Of a stretch of DNA of 64,000 bases, positions 50,196-63,429 are shown piece by piece; within the stretch, counting starts at the first letter, position 1; each line of letters opens with the position of its first letter. The notes below the pieces were generated by a model. The model saw nothing but the letters and a program-made list of their open reading frames with translations, did no database searches and was not told the DNA's origin. Where the stretch lies: positions 1 through 64,000 of the forward strand of contig NIVC01001165.1 in assembly GCA_002269645.1 (NCBI GenBank), given 5' to 3'. The stretch comes from Macrostomum lignano (lineage: Eukaryota). Both the position numbers and the translations under genes were made by a program.

Positions 50196-51401
50196 ATGCG
50201 ACCTCTACTCGGCGCCTGTCGAGTCAAGCCACTTAAAATAGGGATTTTTGTAGGCGCCATGGCAATGGGAGCAGCCCTCTCCTTCCTGCTGTGCAGCCTG
50301 CAGCTGACGCACTCCAACGCGGTCATTGGAATGACTCACATTTCGCCGCCCACCGGACCTCCAGCCTTGGTGGAGGGGAAAGAGCTGATTCCACCGAACA
50401 TTTACACCGGGCAAAACGGCGCCTTTCAGAGGCACTACGACCGGCTGGTCCGCGGCATGCGCGAGTCGCTGTACCGCTTCGACAGGCCCGGCCTGCTGCT
50501 GCCGCTCATGCGGCTCTCCAAAGCCGAGAGGAGCCGCTCGCGCCGAGCAGCGGCCGGCAGGGCGTGGCTCCGCAGCCAGTCGGCGGTGGTGGCAGCCACC
50601 GTACGCAACGGCATGGACGGCCTGCCGAGCACCATGCACAATGTCCAGCGCCTCAGAGCTCTGTTCAACGATTCCTGGCTGGTGCTGGTCGAGAACGACT
50701 CGACGGACTCGACTCGCAGCTTCCTGTACAACATGACGCTGACCGACCCGAATGTGCGGCTGCTGGGCTGCGGCCGGGACGTCAACTTCCCGCTGCCGTG
50801 CGAAATCAACGTCCGCTACGGCAGCGGCCGCCAGCACCTGCCAGGTGTCGAAATAAACCGCACCTTCTCCGAGGAGGTCGAGCGCGGCCTGATCATGTCC
50901 GCCCTCCGCAACCTGTACCTGGACTACATCTACGAGCACCTGGCCGACCGGGCATCGCTCCTGCTGATCGTGGACCCGGACATCACCTGGCAGGACTGGG
51001 ATCTGGACAGCATCGCCCAGGGACTTTACTACATGTATTTTGCGGCCAAGCCCAAGCTGCAGCAGCTGTGCGCCCACACTACTCAGGACAGCCACCTCTA
51101 CGACCCGTGCACGCTGAGCTTCCACCTGAACAAGCGCTTCGGCGAGGACACCAAGTACCCGGTGGTCAGCTACGAGAGATCGCTTCGGGACGCACCGCGC
51201 AGCCTGCCGCCGGTGAAGGTGGAGAGCTGCTTCCAGGCCGTGTCGTTCTACCGGATGTCGGCTCTGGCGGCCCGCAGGCTGCGCTATCGACGCAGTCCAG
51301 GAGAGTGGATTTGCGAGCACAACACGCTCTCCCGGCAGCTGGACGAGGTGTACATCGACCCGCAGATGCGGCTGCGAGTCACGTCAGGAAATATTGGCTG
51401 A
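50196..51401 (+). CDS. Intronless type II membrane GT-A-fold glycosyltransferase-like protein (GT2/CAP59-GT69-like), 401 aa
   Basis: ATG-to-stop ORF with strong G/C-ending codon bias; N-terminal hydrophobic anchor (IGIFVGAMAMGAALSFLLC); VVAATVRN, LVLVENDSTDSTRSFL, SALRNLYL, LLIVDPD (DxD-like), SCFQAVSFY, CEHNTL...VYIDP. Confidence 0.75.
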   Translation: MRPLLGACRVKPLKIGIFVGAMAMGAALSFLLCSLQLTHSNAVIGMTHISPPTGPPALVEGKELIPPNIYTGQNGAFQRHYDRLVRGMRESLYRFDRPGLLLPLMRLSKAERSRSRRAAAGRAWLRSQSAVVAATVRNGMDGLPSTMHNVQRLRALFNDSWLVLVENDSTDSTRSFLYNMTLTDPNVRLLGCGRDVNFPLPCEINVRYGSGRQHLPGVEINRTFSEEVERGLIMSALRNLYLDYIYEHLADRASLLLIVDPDITWQDWDLDSIAQGLYYMYFAAKPKLQQLCAHTTQDSHLYDPCTLSFHLNKRFGEDTKYPVVSYERSLRDAPRSLPPVKVESCFQAVSFYRMSALAARRLRYRRSPGEWICEHNTLSRQLDEVYIDPQMRLRVTSGNIG

Positions 51402-52420
51402 TGGTGCTGGCGGACACTCGCAGATGTACTTTTAAAACCGCGAGTCTCGTAGGGAAGTGTAGCTTTGGGCAGTCTACGTTTTTCTTTATAAATTTTTTCC
51501 CACTCGTCGGAATAATCCCTCCAGAAATCCAACCGCACTCAATATTCTCAAGATTCTTGATATTATCAATATAAACCAGTTAGCATTATCTATTGCTGTT
51601 TGGTATCAACGAAGCTTTGTTAAATCATTAAACATCAAATTTTGACGCAATCTTATTTCACATCTTAAAATTTCATCCAACTGACTTTATGAATGATCCA
51701 GATTTCTTACCCAGACCCCCAAGTTTCGCGGCAGGCTGTTTTCATTCACTCTGAAGTTGCATTCGAGTGTAAGCAGCTTGGTAGGCAATGTGTGAGCATC
51801 GCATTTACACAGCTCAATTATTTGCTGTTGATGGACAAAATGGCTGCCAGCCGCTGTAACCGTTTCCCTTGATCGTGACGATGCGCATATTTTTCACGCG
51901 GCTGCGGTGGCAGTGTCACTAATAACTTCTCTGTTGTCATTCTATTGAGATTCCTGAGGTGCTGTGTGAGTCTGCAGTATTTAATCAGTCAAATAGTTAC
52001 ATCTGTAGTAGAATTTCACTGATTGTGTGCTTATCTACGTGGAGGTCGCCACTGAGCGTTCAAGCACAAATATGCAGAAACGGAGTGATAGATTGTCTGC
52101 AGTGTTAGACATTTGTCTGGTTCAGTCGATGCCTAGAAATGCACTAGAAATGCATGGTCTTGAGACAACAGTGAAGTGACAATGTGAGGCATTTTATGAA
52201 TTTTGGAATTTTACTGTTTTCGAGTATGTGAACTTTCGCAAGGACCACTGTAGTATATGATGTTCTCTTGGAGCAAGAAAGCATGTTGTTTTTGCATGCA
52301 ACTTTATAGTTTCTGTTGATTTTCAACTTCGTGCGCACTCGTCATTCATTGAAGCTTTTGGACATGACAGTTAATATTTAATTACACTATTTTACCTCCT
52401 GCAAGCTCAAAAAAATAAAT

Positions 52421-52586
52421 ATGGTATATATTCCCCATTTATACCAGTGCTAGGGCAATAAATGGTATATATTCCCCATTTATACCAGTGCTAAGGCAAT
52501 AAATGGTATATATTCCCCATTTATACCAGTGCTAAGGCAATAAATGGTATATATTCCCCATTTATACCAGTGCTAAGGCAATAAAT
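52421..52586 (+). repeat. 41-bp tandem repeat (4 copies)
   Basis: Unit ATGGTATATATTCCCCATTTATACCAGTGCTAAGGCAATAA. Confidence 0.9.
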
Positions 52587-53485
52587 GCCTGAGTGACTGA
52601 GCGAAGCCGAGGTCAATAAGCGAGGCACTCAAGCATTTTTGCCCTAGACACTTGGTATTAACGGGGAATATGTATTTAATCTCTCCCGTATTCATTTATC
52701 TGTGGCCTCTATCTGAAACAAGTTCTCAGTCGTTCAGGCCATAGACGAATGAATAAACGGGAGAGATATTATTTTTCCACAACTTGGCTCGGTCTAAATA
52801 AATATTTCTTCGTCCCGGACAAATAAATGCTTCAACACTAGACCATAGACTTATTTGACCGGGACAAGTGGGGGATAAACCGTTTATCTGCACCGATGCA
52901 AATAAATGAAATTTACACTGAGACCACAGACGTTCGCCCGGAGCAAGTGGGGGATACATAAGCAGAACTTCAATTCAAACGAAGTCCCTTTCTATTGAAA
53001 CAGATGAAATTTAATTCAGACTGTCTGTGGCCAAAACTGTATCCGAGTGACGCGCTTTGAAATTCAAAAGAAGAAAAGGTTAAATTCTATTTCGAAAAAG
53101 AGATGAGACACAACATGTCAACGAACATAAGAATAAAATGTAGAACAGGAATAAGTCAGTACCAGCAGGTATCACAGCCATCCCACCTAAAAAGTGGAAC
53201 GCACCCCGTGAGCTGCTTCCTCTGGCGGCTTACAAATCAAAGGGATTCATTAATAGTACGAGCTGCTTCTTGAGTCCTTAAGGACTACCCGTGGTCCTTG
53301 CTTTGTCAGAGTGAAATAACGGTGCACGCAGTACATACGAGTACATGTACATTTGAGATTGACGATAGCAGGTGCTGCCAACATGTGACGTGACTCAGTC
53401 AAATTTCATGACCAGCCTAGAGTCATCTGGTCAGGGGTTTCGTGTGCAAGTTCACCTGCGCTGCACCAATCACTGATCGGCGGGG

Positions 53486-54288
53486 CATGCCACACAGCTC
53501 CCCCAGCACCGAGCTGCATGCCACACAGCTCCCCCAGCACCGAGCTGCATGCCACACAGCTCCCCCAGCACCGAGCTGCATGCCACACAGCTCCCCCAGC
53601 ACCGAGCTGCATGCCACACAGCTCCCCCAGCACCGAGCTGCATGCCACACAGCTCCCCCAGCACCCTGCTGCATGCCACACAGCTCCCCAGCACCGAGCT
53701 GCATGCCACACAGCTCCCCAGCACCGAGCTGCATGCCACACAGCTCCCCCAGCACCGAGCTGCATGCCACACAGCTCCCCCAGCACCCTGCTGCATGCAA
53801 CACAGCTCCCCCCAGCACCCTGCTGCATGCCACACAGCTCCCCCAGCACCGAGCTGCATGCCACACAGCTCCCCCAGCACCCTGCTGCATGCCACACAGC
53901 TCCCCCAGCACCGAGCTGCATGCCACACAGCTCCCCCAGCACCGAGCTGCATGCCACACAGCTCCCCCAGCACCCTGCTGCATGCCACACAGCTCCCCCA
54001 GCACCGAGCTGCATGCCACACAGCTCCCCCAGCACCGAGCTGCATGCCACACAGCTCCCCCAGCACCGAGCTGCATGCCACACAGCTCCCCCAGCACCCT
54101 GCTGCATGCCACACAGCTCCCCCAGCACCGAGCTGCATGCCACATAGCTCCCCCAGCACCCTTCTGCATGCCACACAGCTCCCCCAGCACCCTGCTGCAT
54201 GCCACACAGCTCCCCCAGCACCGAGCTGCATGCCACATAGCTCCCCCAGCACCCTGCTGCATGCCACACAGCTCCCCAGCACCGAGCT
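53486..54288 (+). repeat. 31-bp minisatellite (~26 copies)
   Basis: Unit GCATGCCACACAGCTCCCCCAGCACCGAGCT. Confidence 0.95.
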
Positions 54289-55200
54289 GCGCGCTGATCG
54301 AGGTGGCGGTGCAGACTGCGAGATGTGCGAGCCGCGACGGTGGCAGTAATTTACGTGCTGAGGTGACCGGGTGGACTGAGACGGCAGGGGAAGCTGCGGG
54401 GCGCCGAACGAGCACGAAAGCGGCCGCCCATGCAGACAACTGAATTTTTCTCTTGAAGAATAACTTTCGTGATCGCTCTGCGATGCAGGACCTGACAGAT
54501 TTTCTGTAGCAATTTTGATTTTAATGCGTATAATTTTGATAGTTTTTATGCGTTCTAAGATTTAAAATTACATGTACGCTTGCATTACCAAGCAACGAAC
54601 TTCCTTTAAGCAGTTCATAATGTATTTTATTACAGCCCAATTCCTTTTCCCTTCAGATTTATTTCATACTGTCCTACTTTTTCAGATGAGCTTTCAACTG
54701 AGGAGAGTTCTCAGCTCGTACAGGTAGTCTTTGTTACAGAATTTAGTCAAACCGACCGAGAAGAATAAGAGTCCGCAAAGTACTTTGTGCACACTCCGAA
54801 AGTATACGGTCAAAACAACATGAAGCATCAACCAGCAGCGGTACTGAGGAAATTGCTGAGTGATGTGGATGAGTCACATCAAACTGCGTCTTGTGATGAC
54901 AGCAAAATATTAGCAAGCTTTTTATACTTGTCATAGAGAATTAGATTAAATATTTCATAGTCAGGAGGTGAGAGCTAACGAGATTTTTCCAACGCCAAAA
55001 AAGAAAAAAAGATGGCTTTAGTAGGTTATGCGACATCGACACCAAAAACTGTCTTCCAACGATCTGAGCCGCAAGTCATGGGTGCCCAGCACTGCCTAAA
55101 CCGATCGGGGTTGAGAAAGTAGAGGAGAAAGTAGACAGACATGAAAGCAGTTTCAGTTTCCGGAACAATGCATGCACCAATGCCCGGCTCTGCAGGAGAT

Positions 55201-55746
55201 TCAGGCCATGCACACGGCGCAGCAGACCAGCCCGCAGCAGACGCACACCGCGACAACCAGAGTGGCGACGATGAGCGCCAGCCGGATGAACACCATCACC
55301 AGGGCGAACAGATACAGATTCGGGTTGCAGTACTGCGAACTAGAGGAGTCCGCGCTCACGTTGCCGCGCACATGCAGAACCCAGTACATGCCGATGATCA
55401 TCCAGATGAAGGCGAACAGAGTCAGGAGGCTGCGGATGCCGGACCAGCACTTCTCACCGGCGCTCTGCTGGTTCATCTCCTCCATGCCGCCCTGCAGCCG
55501 GTCGCTTTCGCCGCCTTCGTTTGCCGATGCGTCGCGCGACTTCTTGTGCGTCTTGTGCGCGTCCGAGCCGTTGGTCAGCGCCAGGATCACCCCAACGCCG
55601 CCGCTGACAACCAGGTAAATGGGAATGTAGTGCTCTATAGGGCAGCGGTTGAAATACATCGCGCCCATGACGATCTCGGCTATGCTGAGGCAGAAGGACA
55701 CGATGGCCAGAAAGGCCATGCAGACCACCATGCAGATGGCGCCCAT
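55201..55746 (-). CDS. Intronless TMEM272-like four-TM protein, 181 aa
   Basis: Four hydrophobic helices; CPIEHYIPIYLVVSG, FAFIWMIIGMYWV and YCNPNLYLFA match the TMEM272 family pattern as I recall it; Cys-rich C-terminus. Confidence 0.78.
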   Translation of the reverse strand: MGAICMVVCMAFLAIVSFCLSIAEIVMGAMYFNRCPIEHYIPIYLVVSGGVGVILALTNGSDAHKTHKKSRDASANEGGESDRLQGGMEEMNQQSAGEKCWSGIRSLLTLFAFIWMIIGMYWVLHVRGNVSADSSSSQYCNPNLYLFALVMVFIRLALIVATLVVAVCVCCGLVCCAVCMA

Positions 55747-56653
55747 TTTTCAGCGCTTGTGGCTTACTCGGAAAATATTCCAATCTGGTTTTCTCTTCCA
55801 GAGAAAAAGCAAAATAATTGTGTCTCTATTGCTTGCGAAGGTCACCTGCTTGCTCGCCTACAAGGTAGTTTATAACGCGGTCTTATATCGAGCGAAGCAA
55901 ATTCATTTAGCGCCAATGTACGCAACTTTGCGAGTGTACAAGTGAGTCCAGAGGGACAGAGAGGTTTATGGCGGAGTGTAAACAGTGAGTGTCCCACTCG
56001 GCGCTGCGGCTGTGCTGTTTTCCAGTGCAGCCAGGCACAATGCAGCCGCGACGGAGCTGCACGCGTTCGGTTCACGTGTTTCTCGGGGTTGGCGCTGGCA
56101 GTTTTGTATCTGAGTGGGGGTAGGGGGGGGGAGCAGCGCTGCGACAGTTGCTCTGGCAGAACTAAGTGAGACATGCATATCATATATACTAAAAATGAAA
56201 TGTCTGTAACTATCTAGCTATGCGATAGATTTCAGAAAAAGTGGCTCAACCGATTTTCTTCAAACTTGCACCATTTGATCAGAAATTTTCCTGGGACGGT
56301 ACATGCATCTTGGCTAAGAAATTGCTCAATTTTAAAGGGATTAAATATTCGAAAACATGCTTTTTTGCAAAGGTCAAGCAGCTCTTTCGACCTGAAATGA
56401 ATTGTAAAAATGCGAAAGAAAAAACTGACTGACTGAATTTCAATTGTGATAAAGATTGCATCACAACAAGATGAAAACAGTGTCGAAAAAATGCACACAA
56501 GACTTGATTGTAATTGCGTAACCATATTGCTAACTTGAATTGAGACTGATACTGGCTGACTGAGAAATTGATTATGTCATAACTTTTTACTCTAACTGAC
56601 TTGCTATAAGAATTGAATTATAAGGGCCACAATACATGTTCTCCAATTGAAAA

Positions 56654-56720
56654 GAGATAGCCAAGATGGGAACAGACTGGACTGCTAATGTAGCGACCTG
56701 GGTTCGAATCTTAGTAGTGC
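56654..56720 (+). other. tRNA-like/SINE-head fragment inside Helitron H1
   Basis: A-box-like TAGCCAAGATGG and B box GGTTCGAATC; the acceptor stem does not pair, so it is not a functional tRNA. Confidence 0.5.
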
Positions 56721-56769
56721 AAAAACATTTTTTTATTAAAACACTTTAAAACACAAAATGCTAAACATA

Positions 56770-58590
56770 AAAGAAGCGCAATGTCAAATATAAAAGAGCC
56801 ACCATGCCAAACAAAAAAAGTGCCACCATGTAGAACACAGAAGAGACACCATGTCAAACATAAAAGAGCCACCATTTCAAACATAAAAGAGCCACCATGT
56901 GAAACATATACGTGACTCAATGTCAAACATTAAAGAGCCACCATGTCAAACATTAAAGAGCCACCATGTCGAACATAACAGAGACAACATTTCAAACATA
57001 AAAGAGCCATCATGTCAAACATAAAAGAGCCACCATGTCGAACATTAAAGAGCCACTATGTCAAACATAACAGAGACAACATTTCAAACATAAAAGAGCC
57101 ATCATGTCAAACATTAAAGAGCCACCATGTCGAACATTAAAGAGCCACCATGTTGAACATTGAAGAGCCACCATGTCAAACATTAAAGAGCCACCAAGTA
57201 AAATATAAAAGAGCTACCATGTCAAACATAAAAGAGCCACCATGTCGAACATAACAGAGACAACATTTCAAACATTTAAGAGCCACCATGTCAAACATAA
57301 AAGAGCCACCATGTCGAGCATAAAAGAGCCACCATGTCAAACATAAAAGAGCCACCATGTCAAACATTAAAGAGCCACCATGTCAAACATTCAAGAGAAA
57401 CCATGTCGAACATAACAGAGACAACATTTCAAACATTTAAGAGCCACCATGTCAAACATAAAAGAGCCACCATGTCGAGCATAAAATAGCCACCATGTTG
57501 AACATTAAAGAGCCACCATGTCAAACATTAAAGAGCCACCATGTCGAGCATAAAAGAGCCACCATGTCGAACATAAAAGAGCCACCATGTCAAACATTAA
57601 AGAGCCACCATGTCAAACATTCAAGAGACACCATGTCGAACATAACAGAGACAACATTTCAAACATTTAAGAGCCACCATGTCAAACATAAAAGATCTAC
57701 CATGTCAAACATAAAAGAGCCATCATGTCAAACATAAAAGAGCCACCATGTCGAACATTAAAGAGCCACCATGTTCAACATTAAGGAGCCACCATGTCAA
57801 ACATAAAAGAGCCACCATGTCAAACATTAAAGAGCCACCATGTCAAACATTAAAGAGCCACCATGTCAAACATTCAAGATCAGCCATGTCGAACATAAAA
57901 GAGCCACCATGTAAAATATAAAAGAGCTACCATGTCAAACATAAAAGAGCCATCATGTCAAACATAAAAGAGCCATCATGTGAAACATATACGTGACTCA
58001 ATGTCAAACATTAAAGAGCCACCATGTCAAACATATACGTGACTCCATGTCAAACATTAAAGAGCCACCATGTCAAACATATATGACTCCATGTCAAACA
58101 TATATGACTCCATGTCAAACATATATGACTCCATGTCAAACATTAAAAATAAAAAAGACACCATGTCACACATAAGGGAGCCACCATATCAAACATAAAA
58201 GAGCTACCATGTCAAAACATTATTGAGCCATTATGCCCAATATAAAAAGACACAATTTCAAATGTAAAAGGGCCGCCATGTCAAACATAGAAGAGCCACC
58301 ATGTCAAACATAGAAGAGCCACCATGTCAAACAACTAAGCCACCATGTCAAACATAACAGAGACACCATTTCAAACGTAAAAGGGCCGCCATGGCAAACA
58401 TAGAAGAGCCACCATGTCAAACATTAAAGAGCTACCATGTCAAACACAAAAGGGCCACCACGTCCAACATTAAAGAGCTATCATGTCAAACACAAAAGAG
58501 CTACCATGTCAAACATTAAAAAGCCACTTTTTTAAACAAAAAAGAGACACCATTTCAAACATAAAAGAAGTGTCATGCCAAACAAAATGA
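56770..58590 (+). repeat. 23-bp satellite (~79 copies) inside H1
   Basis: Unit GAGCCACCATGTCAAACATAAAA. Confidence 0.95.
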
Positions 58591-58629
58591 AACCATTATA
58601 AAGCTAAGGAAATTGTTGCACTAGCTACT

Positions 58630-59150
58630 TGTTTTCTGGTGGATGCTTGCTATTTAAGGATGGATACTTGCTATCAGGGGGATGCTTGCTCTTGGGGGTG
58701 GAGAGTACTTGCTATCTGAGAGGGGGTTGCTAGATATCTATAAGGTATCTTTGTATCCAGGTTATGCTTGCTATCAGGGGTTGCTTGCTGTCTGGGGGAT
58801 GCTTGCTATCTGGGGGGGGGATGCTTGCTATCTAGGGGATGCTTGCTATCTGCGGGATGCTTGCTATCTGGGGGATGCTTGCTATCTGCGGGATGCTTGC
58901 GATCTGGGGGATGCTTGCTATCTGAGGAATGCTTGCTATCTGGGGGATGCTTGCTATCTGCGGGATGCTTGCTATCTGGGGGATGCTTGCTATCTGGGGT
59001 CTGGGGAATGCTTGCTATCGGGGGATGCTTGCAGTCTGGGGGATGCTTGCTATCTGGGGATGCTTGCTATCTGGGGGATGCTTGCAGTCTGGGGGATGCT
59101 TGCTATTTGGGGATCAATGCTTGAATGTTGTCTGAGGATGCTTGCTGTCT
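58630..59150 (+). repeat. 18/19-bp minisatellite inside H1
   Basis: Unit GGGGGATGCTTGCTATCT. Confidence 0.92.
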
Positions 59151-59869
59151 TGGGATGTTTTGTTTTTAAGAGGGAATGTCTGTTGTTTTTTCTGAAGGCT
59201 TTATTTCGCTGTCTATTTGTTATTTGTAAAAAACAAGGATTCTATCCAGATGTCCCCCATCGGGGGGCAAAGATTGCTAGTCCAATATACTAAAAATGGT
59301 CTGTCTGTGTCTATCTATCTATCTATCTATCTATCTATGTGATCGATTAGAGAAAAAATGGCTGGACCGATTTTGTTCGAACTTGCACTGTTCGATCAGA
59401 AATTTTCCCGTGACGGTACATGCATCGTGGCTAAGAAATTGCTCAATGCTAGAGGCATTAAATATTCGAAAAACATGCTTTTTTGCAAAGGTCAAGCAAA
59501 CTTTTTGACTTGAAATGCATTGTAAGAATGCTAGAGAAAAAACTGACTGGTTGAATTCTGACTCTGAAATAGATTGCATCATAACTGAATTGTAACTCTG
59601 ACTTGAATTGAAAATGCAGTGTGGAAGCCTAGCACCAGACTTGATTTAAATTGCGTAACCATATTGTTAACTGATACTGACTGACTGAGAAACTGATTAT
59701 GTCATAACTGCTTCGTGTGATTTACTCTATGCTTGGATTTTAAACTGTTGAATTATATATATATGTGCAAAATTTGATAAATGCAGCGACGATGGTTCGA
59801 ATTTTCATAGAATATAATTTTTTCAATTAAAGCTTTTCAACGTCAGGAAAACTAAAAGACTTTTTAAAA

Positions 59870-62800
59870 AGAAGCGTCATGTAAAAATCATAGAAGCGTC
59901 ATATAAAAATCATAGATGCGTCATTTAAAAAATCATAGAAGCATCGTATAAAAATCATAGAAGCGTCATGTAAACAATCATAGAAGCGTCATGTAAACAA
60001 TCATAGAAGCGTCATGTAAACAATCATAGAAGCGTCATGTCAAAATCATAGAAGCGTCATGTAAACAATCATAGAAGCGTCATGAAACAATCATAGAAGC
60101 GTCATGAAACAATCATAGAAGCGTCATGTAAACAATCCTAGAAGCGTCATGTAAAAAATCATAGAAGCGTCATGTAAACAATCATAGAAGCGCCAAGTAA
60201 AAATCATAAAAGCGTCATGTAAACAATCATAGAAGCGTCATGTAAACAATCATAGAAGCGTCATGTAAACAATCATAGAAGCGTCATGTAAACAATCATA
60301 GAAGCGCCAAGTAAAAATCATAAAAGCGTCATGTAAACAATCATAGAAGCGTCATGTAAACAATCATAGAAGCGTCATGTAAACAATCCTAGAAGCGTCA
60401 TGTAAACAATCATAGAAGCGTCATGTAAACAATCCTAGAAGCGTCATGTAAACAATCATAGAAGCGTCATGTAAACAGTCATAGAAGCGCCAAGTAAAAA
60501 TCATAAAAGCGTCATGTAAACAATCATTCAAGCGTCATTTAAACAATCATAGAAGCGTCATGTAAACAATCATTCAAGCGTCATTTAAACAATCATAGAA
60601 GCGTCATGTAAACAAGCATAGAAGAATGTAAACAATCATAGAAGCGTCATGTAAACAATCATTCAAGCGTCATTTAAACAATCATAGAAGCGTCATGTAA
60701 ACAAGCATAGAAGCGTCATGTAAAAATCATAGAAGCGTCATGTAAACAATCATAGAAGCGTCATGTAAACAATCATAGAAGCGTCATGTCAAAATCATAG
60801 AAGCGTCATGTAAACAATCATAGAAGCGTCATGAAACAATCATAGAAGCGTCATGAAACAATCATAGAAGCGTCATGTAAACAATCATAGAAGCGTCATA
60901 TAAACAATCATAGAAGCGTCATGTAAAAATCATAGAAGCGTCATGTAAACAATCATAGAAGCGTCATGAAACAATCATAGAAGCGTCATGTAAAAATCAT
61001 AGAAGCGTCATGTAAACAATCATAGAAGCGTCATGTAAACAATCATAGAAGCGCCATGTAAAAATCATAAAAGCGACATGTAAAAATCATAGAAGCGTCA
61101 TGTAAAATCATAGAATCGTCCTGCCAAAATCGTAGAAGCGTCATGTAAAAAATCCTTGAAGCGTCATGTAAACAATCATAGAAGCGTCATGAAACAATCA
61201 TAGAAGCGTCATGTAAACAATCATAGAAGCGTCATGTAAACAATCCTAGAAGCGTCATGTAAACAATCCTAGAAGCGTCATGTAAACAATCATAGAAGCG
61301 TCATGTAAACAATCCTAGAAGCGTCATGTAAACAATCATTCAAGCGTCATTTAAACAATCATAGAAGCGTCATGTAAACAATCATTCAAGCGTCATTTAA
61401 ACAATCATAGAAGCGTCATGTAAACAAGCATAGAAGAATGTAAACAATCATAGAAGCGTCATGTAAACAATCATTCAAGCGTCATTTAAACAATCATAGA
61501 AGCGTCATGTAAAAATCATAGAAGCGTCATGTAAACAATCATAGAAGCGTCATGTCAAAATCATAGAAGCGTCATGTAAACAATCATAGAAGCGTCATGA
61601 AACAATCATAGAAGCGTCATGTAAACAATCATAGAAGCGTCATGTAAAAATCATAGAAGCGTCATGTAAACAATCATAGAAGCGTCATAAAACAATCATA
61701 GAAACGTCATGTAAAAATCATAGAAGCGTCATGTAAACAATCATAGACGCGTCATGTAAACAATCATAGAAGCGTCATGTAAACAATCATAGAAGCGTCA
61801 TGTAAACAATCATAGAAGCGCCATGTAAAAATCATAAAAGCGTCATGTAAACAATCATTCAAGCGTCATTTAAACAATCATAGAAGCGTCATGTAAACAA
61901 GCATAGAAGAATGTAAACAATCATAGAAGCGTCATGTAAAAATCATAGAAGCGTCATGAAACAATCATAGAAGCGTCATGTAAAAAATCATAAAAGCGTC
62001 ATGTAAAAATCGTAGAAGCGTCATGTAAAAATCATAGAAGCGTCATGTAAAATCATAGAAGCGTCATGTAAAAATCATAGAAGCGTCATGTAAAATCGTA
62101 GAATCGTCCAGCCAAAATCGTAGAAGCGTCATGTAAAAAATCATAGAAGCGTCATGTAAAAATCATAGAAGCGTCATGTAAAATCATAGAATCATCCTGC
62201 CAAAATCGTAGAAGCGTCATGTAAAAAATCATTGAAGCGTCATGTAAACAATCATAGAAGCGTCATGAAACAATCATAGAAGCGTCATGTAAACAATCAT
62301 AGAAGCGTCATGTAAACAATCCTAGAAGCGTTATGTAAACAATCCTAGAAGCGTCATGTAAACAATCATAGAAGCGTCATGTAAACAATCCTAGAAGCGT
62401 CATGTAAACAATCATAGAAGCGTCATGTAAACAATCATAGAAGCGCCATGTAAAAATCATAGAAGCATCATGTAAACAATCATAGAAGCGATATATAAAA
62501 ATCATAGAAGCGTTATGTAAAAATGATAGAAGCGTCATATAAAAAATCATAGAAGGGTCATGTAAACAATCATAGAAGCGTCATATAAAAATCATAGAAG
62601 CGTCATGTAAACAATCATAGAAGCGTCATGAAACAATCATAGAAGCGTCATGTAAACAATCATAGAAGCGTCATGAAACAATCATAGAAGCGTCATGTAA
62701 ACAATCATAGAAGCGCCATGTAAAAAATCATAGAAGCGTCATGTAAACAATCATAGAAGCGTCATGTAAAAATCATAGAAGCGTCATATAAAAATCATAG

Positions 62801-63330
62801 ATGCGTCATATAAAAATCATAGATGCGTCATGTAAACAATCATAGAAGCGTCATGTAAACAATCATAGAAGCGTCATGTAAACAATCATAGAAGCGTCAT
62901 GTAAAAAATCATAGAAGCGTCATGTAATGAATCATAGAAGCGTCATGTAAACAATCATAGAAGCGTCATGTAAACAATCATAGAAGCGTCATGTAAAAAT
63001 CATAGAAGCGTCATGTAAAAAATCATAGAAGCGTCATGTAAACAATCATAGAAGCGTCATGTAAAAAATCGTAGAAGCGTCATTTAAAAATCATAGAAAG
63101 CGTTATTTAAAATAATCATAGAAGCGTCATGTAAACAATCAGAGAAGCGTCATGTAAACAATCATAGAAGCGTCATGTAAAAAATCATAGAAGCGTCATG
63201 TAAACAATCATAGAAGCGTCAAGAAAAAATCATAGAAGCGTCATGTAAAAAATCATAGAAGCGTCATGTTAAAATCATAAAAGCGTCATGAAAAAATCAT
63301 AGAAGCCTCATTTAAAAACTAAGGAAAGTG
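59870..63330 (+). repeat. 22/23-bp satellite (~150 copies) inside H2
   Basis: Unit GAAGCGTCATGTAAACAATCATA. Confidence 0.97.
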
Positions 63331-63429
63331 TCATTTAAAAAATTAAGAAGCATCATGGTAGAATAAAAGAAGCGTCATGTCAGACATGAAGGGTGTCATG
63401 TAAAAATAAATGCAGCTATAATTCTGTGC

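Larger units (their letters stand above)
56180..59280 (+). mobile_element. Non-autonomous Helitron H1 (complete)
   Basis: A|TCATATATACTAAAAATG 5' end; subterminal ACCGATTTT block; 3' hairpin TGTCCCCC-ATC-GGGGGGCA (59251-59269) then CTAG (59277-59280)|T. Confidence 0.85.

Noticed and set aside
54290-54442. GC-rich exon-like segment beside the 31-bp array
   Set aside because: No consistent splice sites or recognisable peptide on either strand.
56770-58590. Kozak-like GCCACCATG in every satellite unit
   Set aside because: The related H2 satellite lacks it and the downstream frames are trivial; most likely coincidence.
56770-63330. Regular 20-45-bp repeats as CRISPR arrays
   Set aside because: Units are directly abutting with no unique spacers, there are no cas genes, and the context is eukaryotic.
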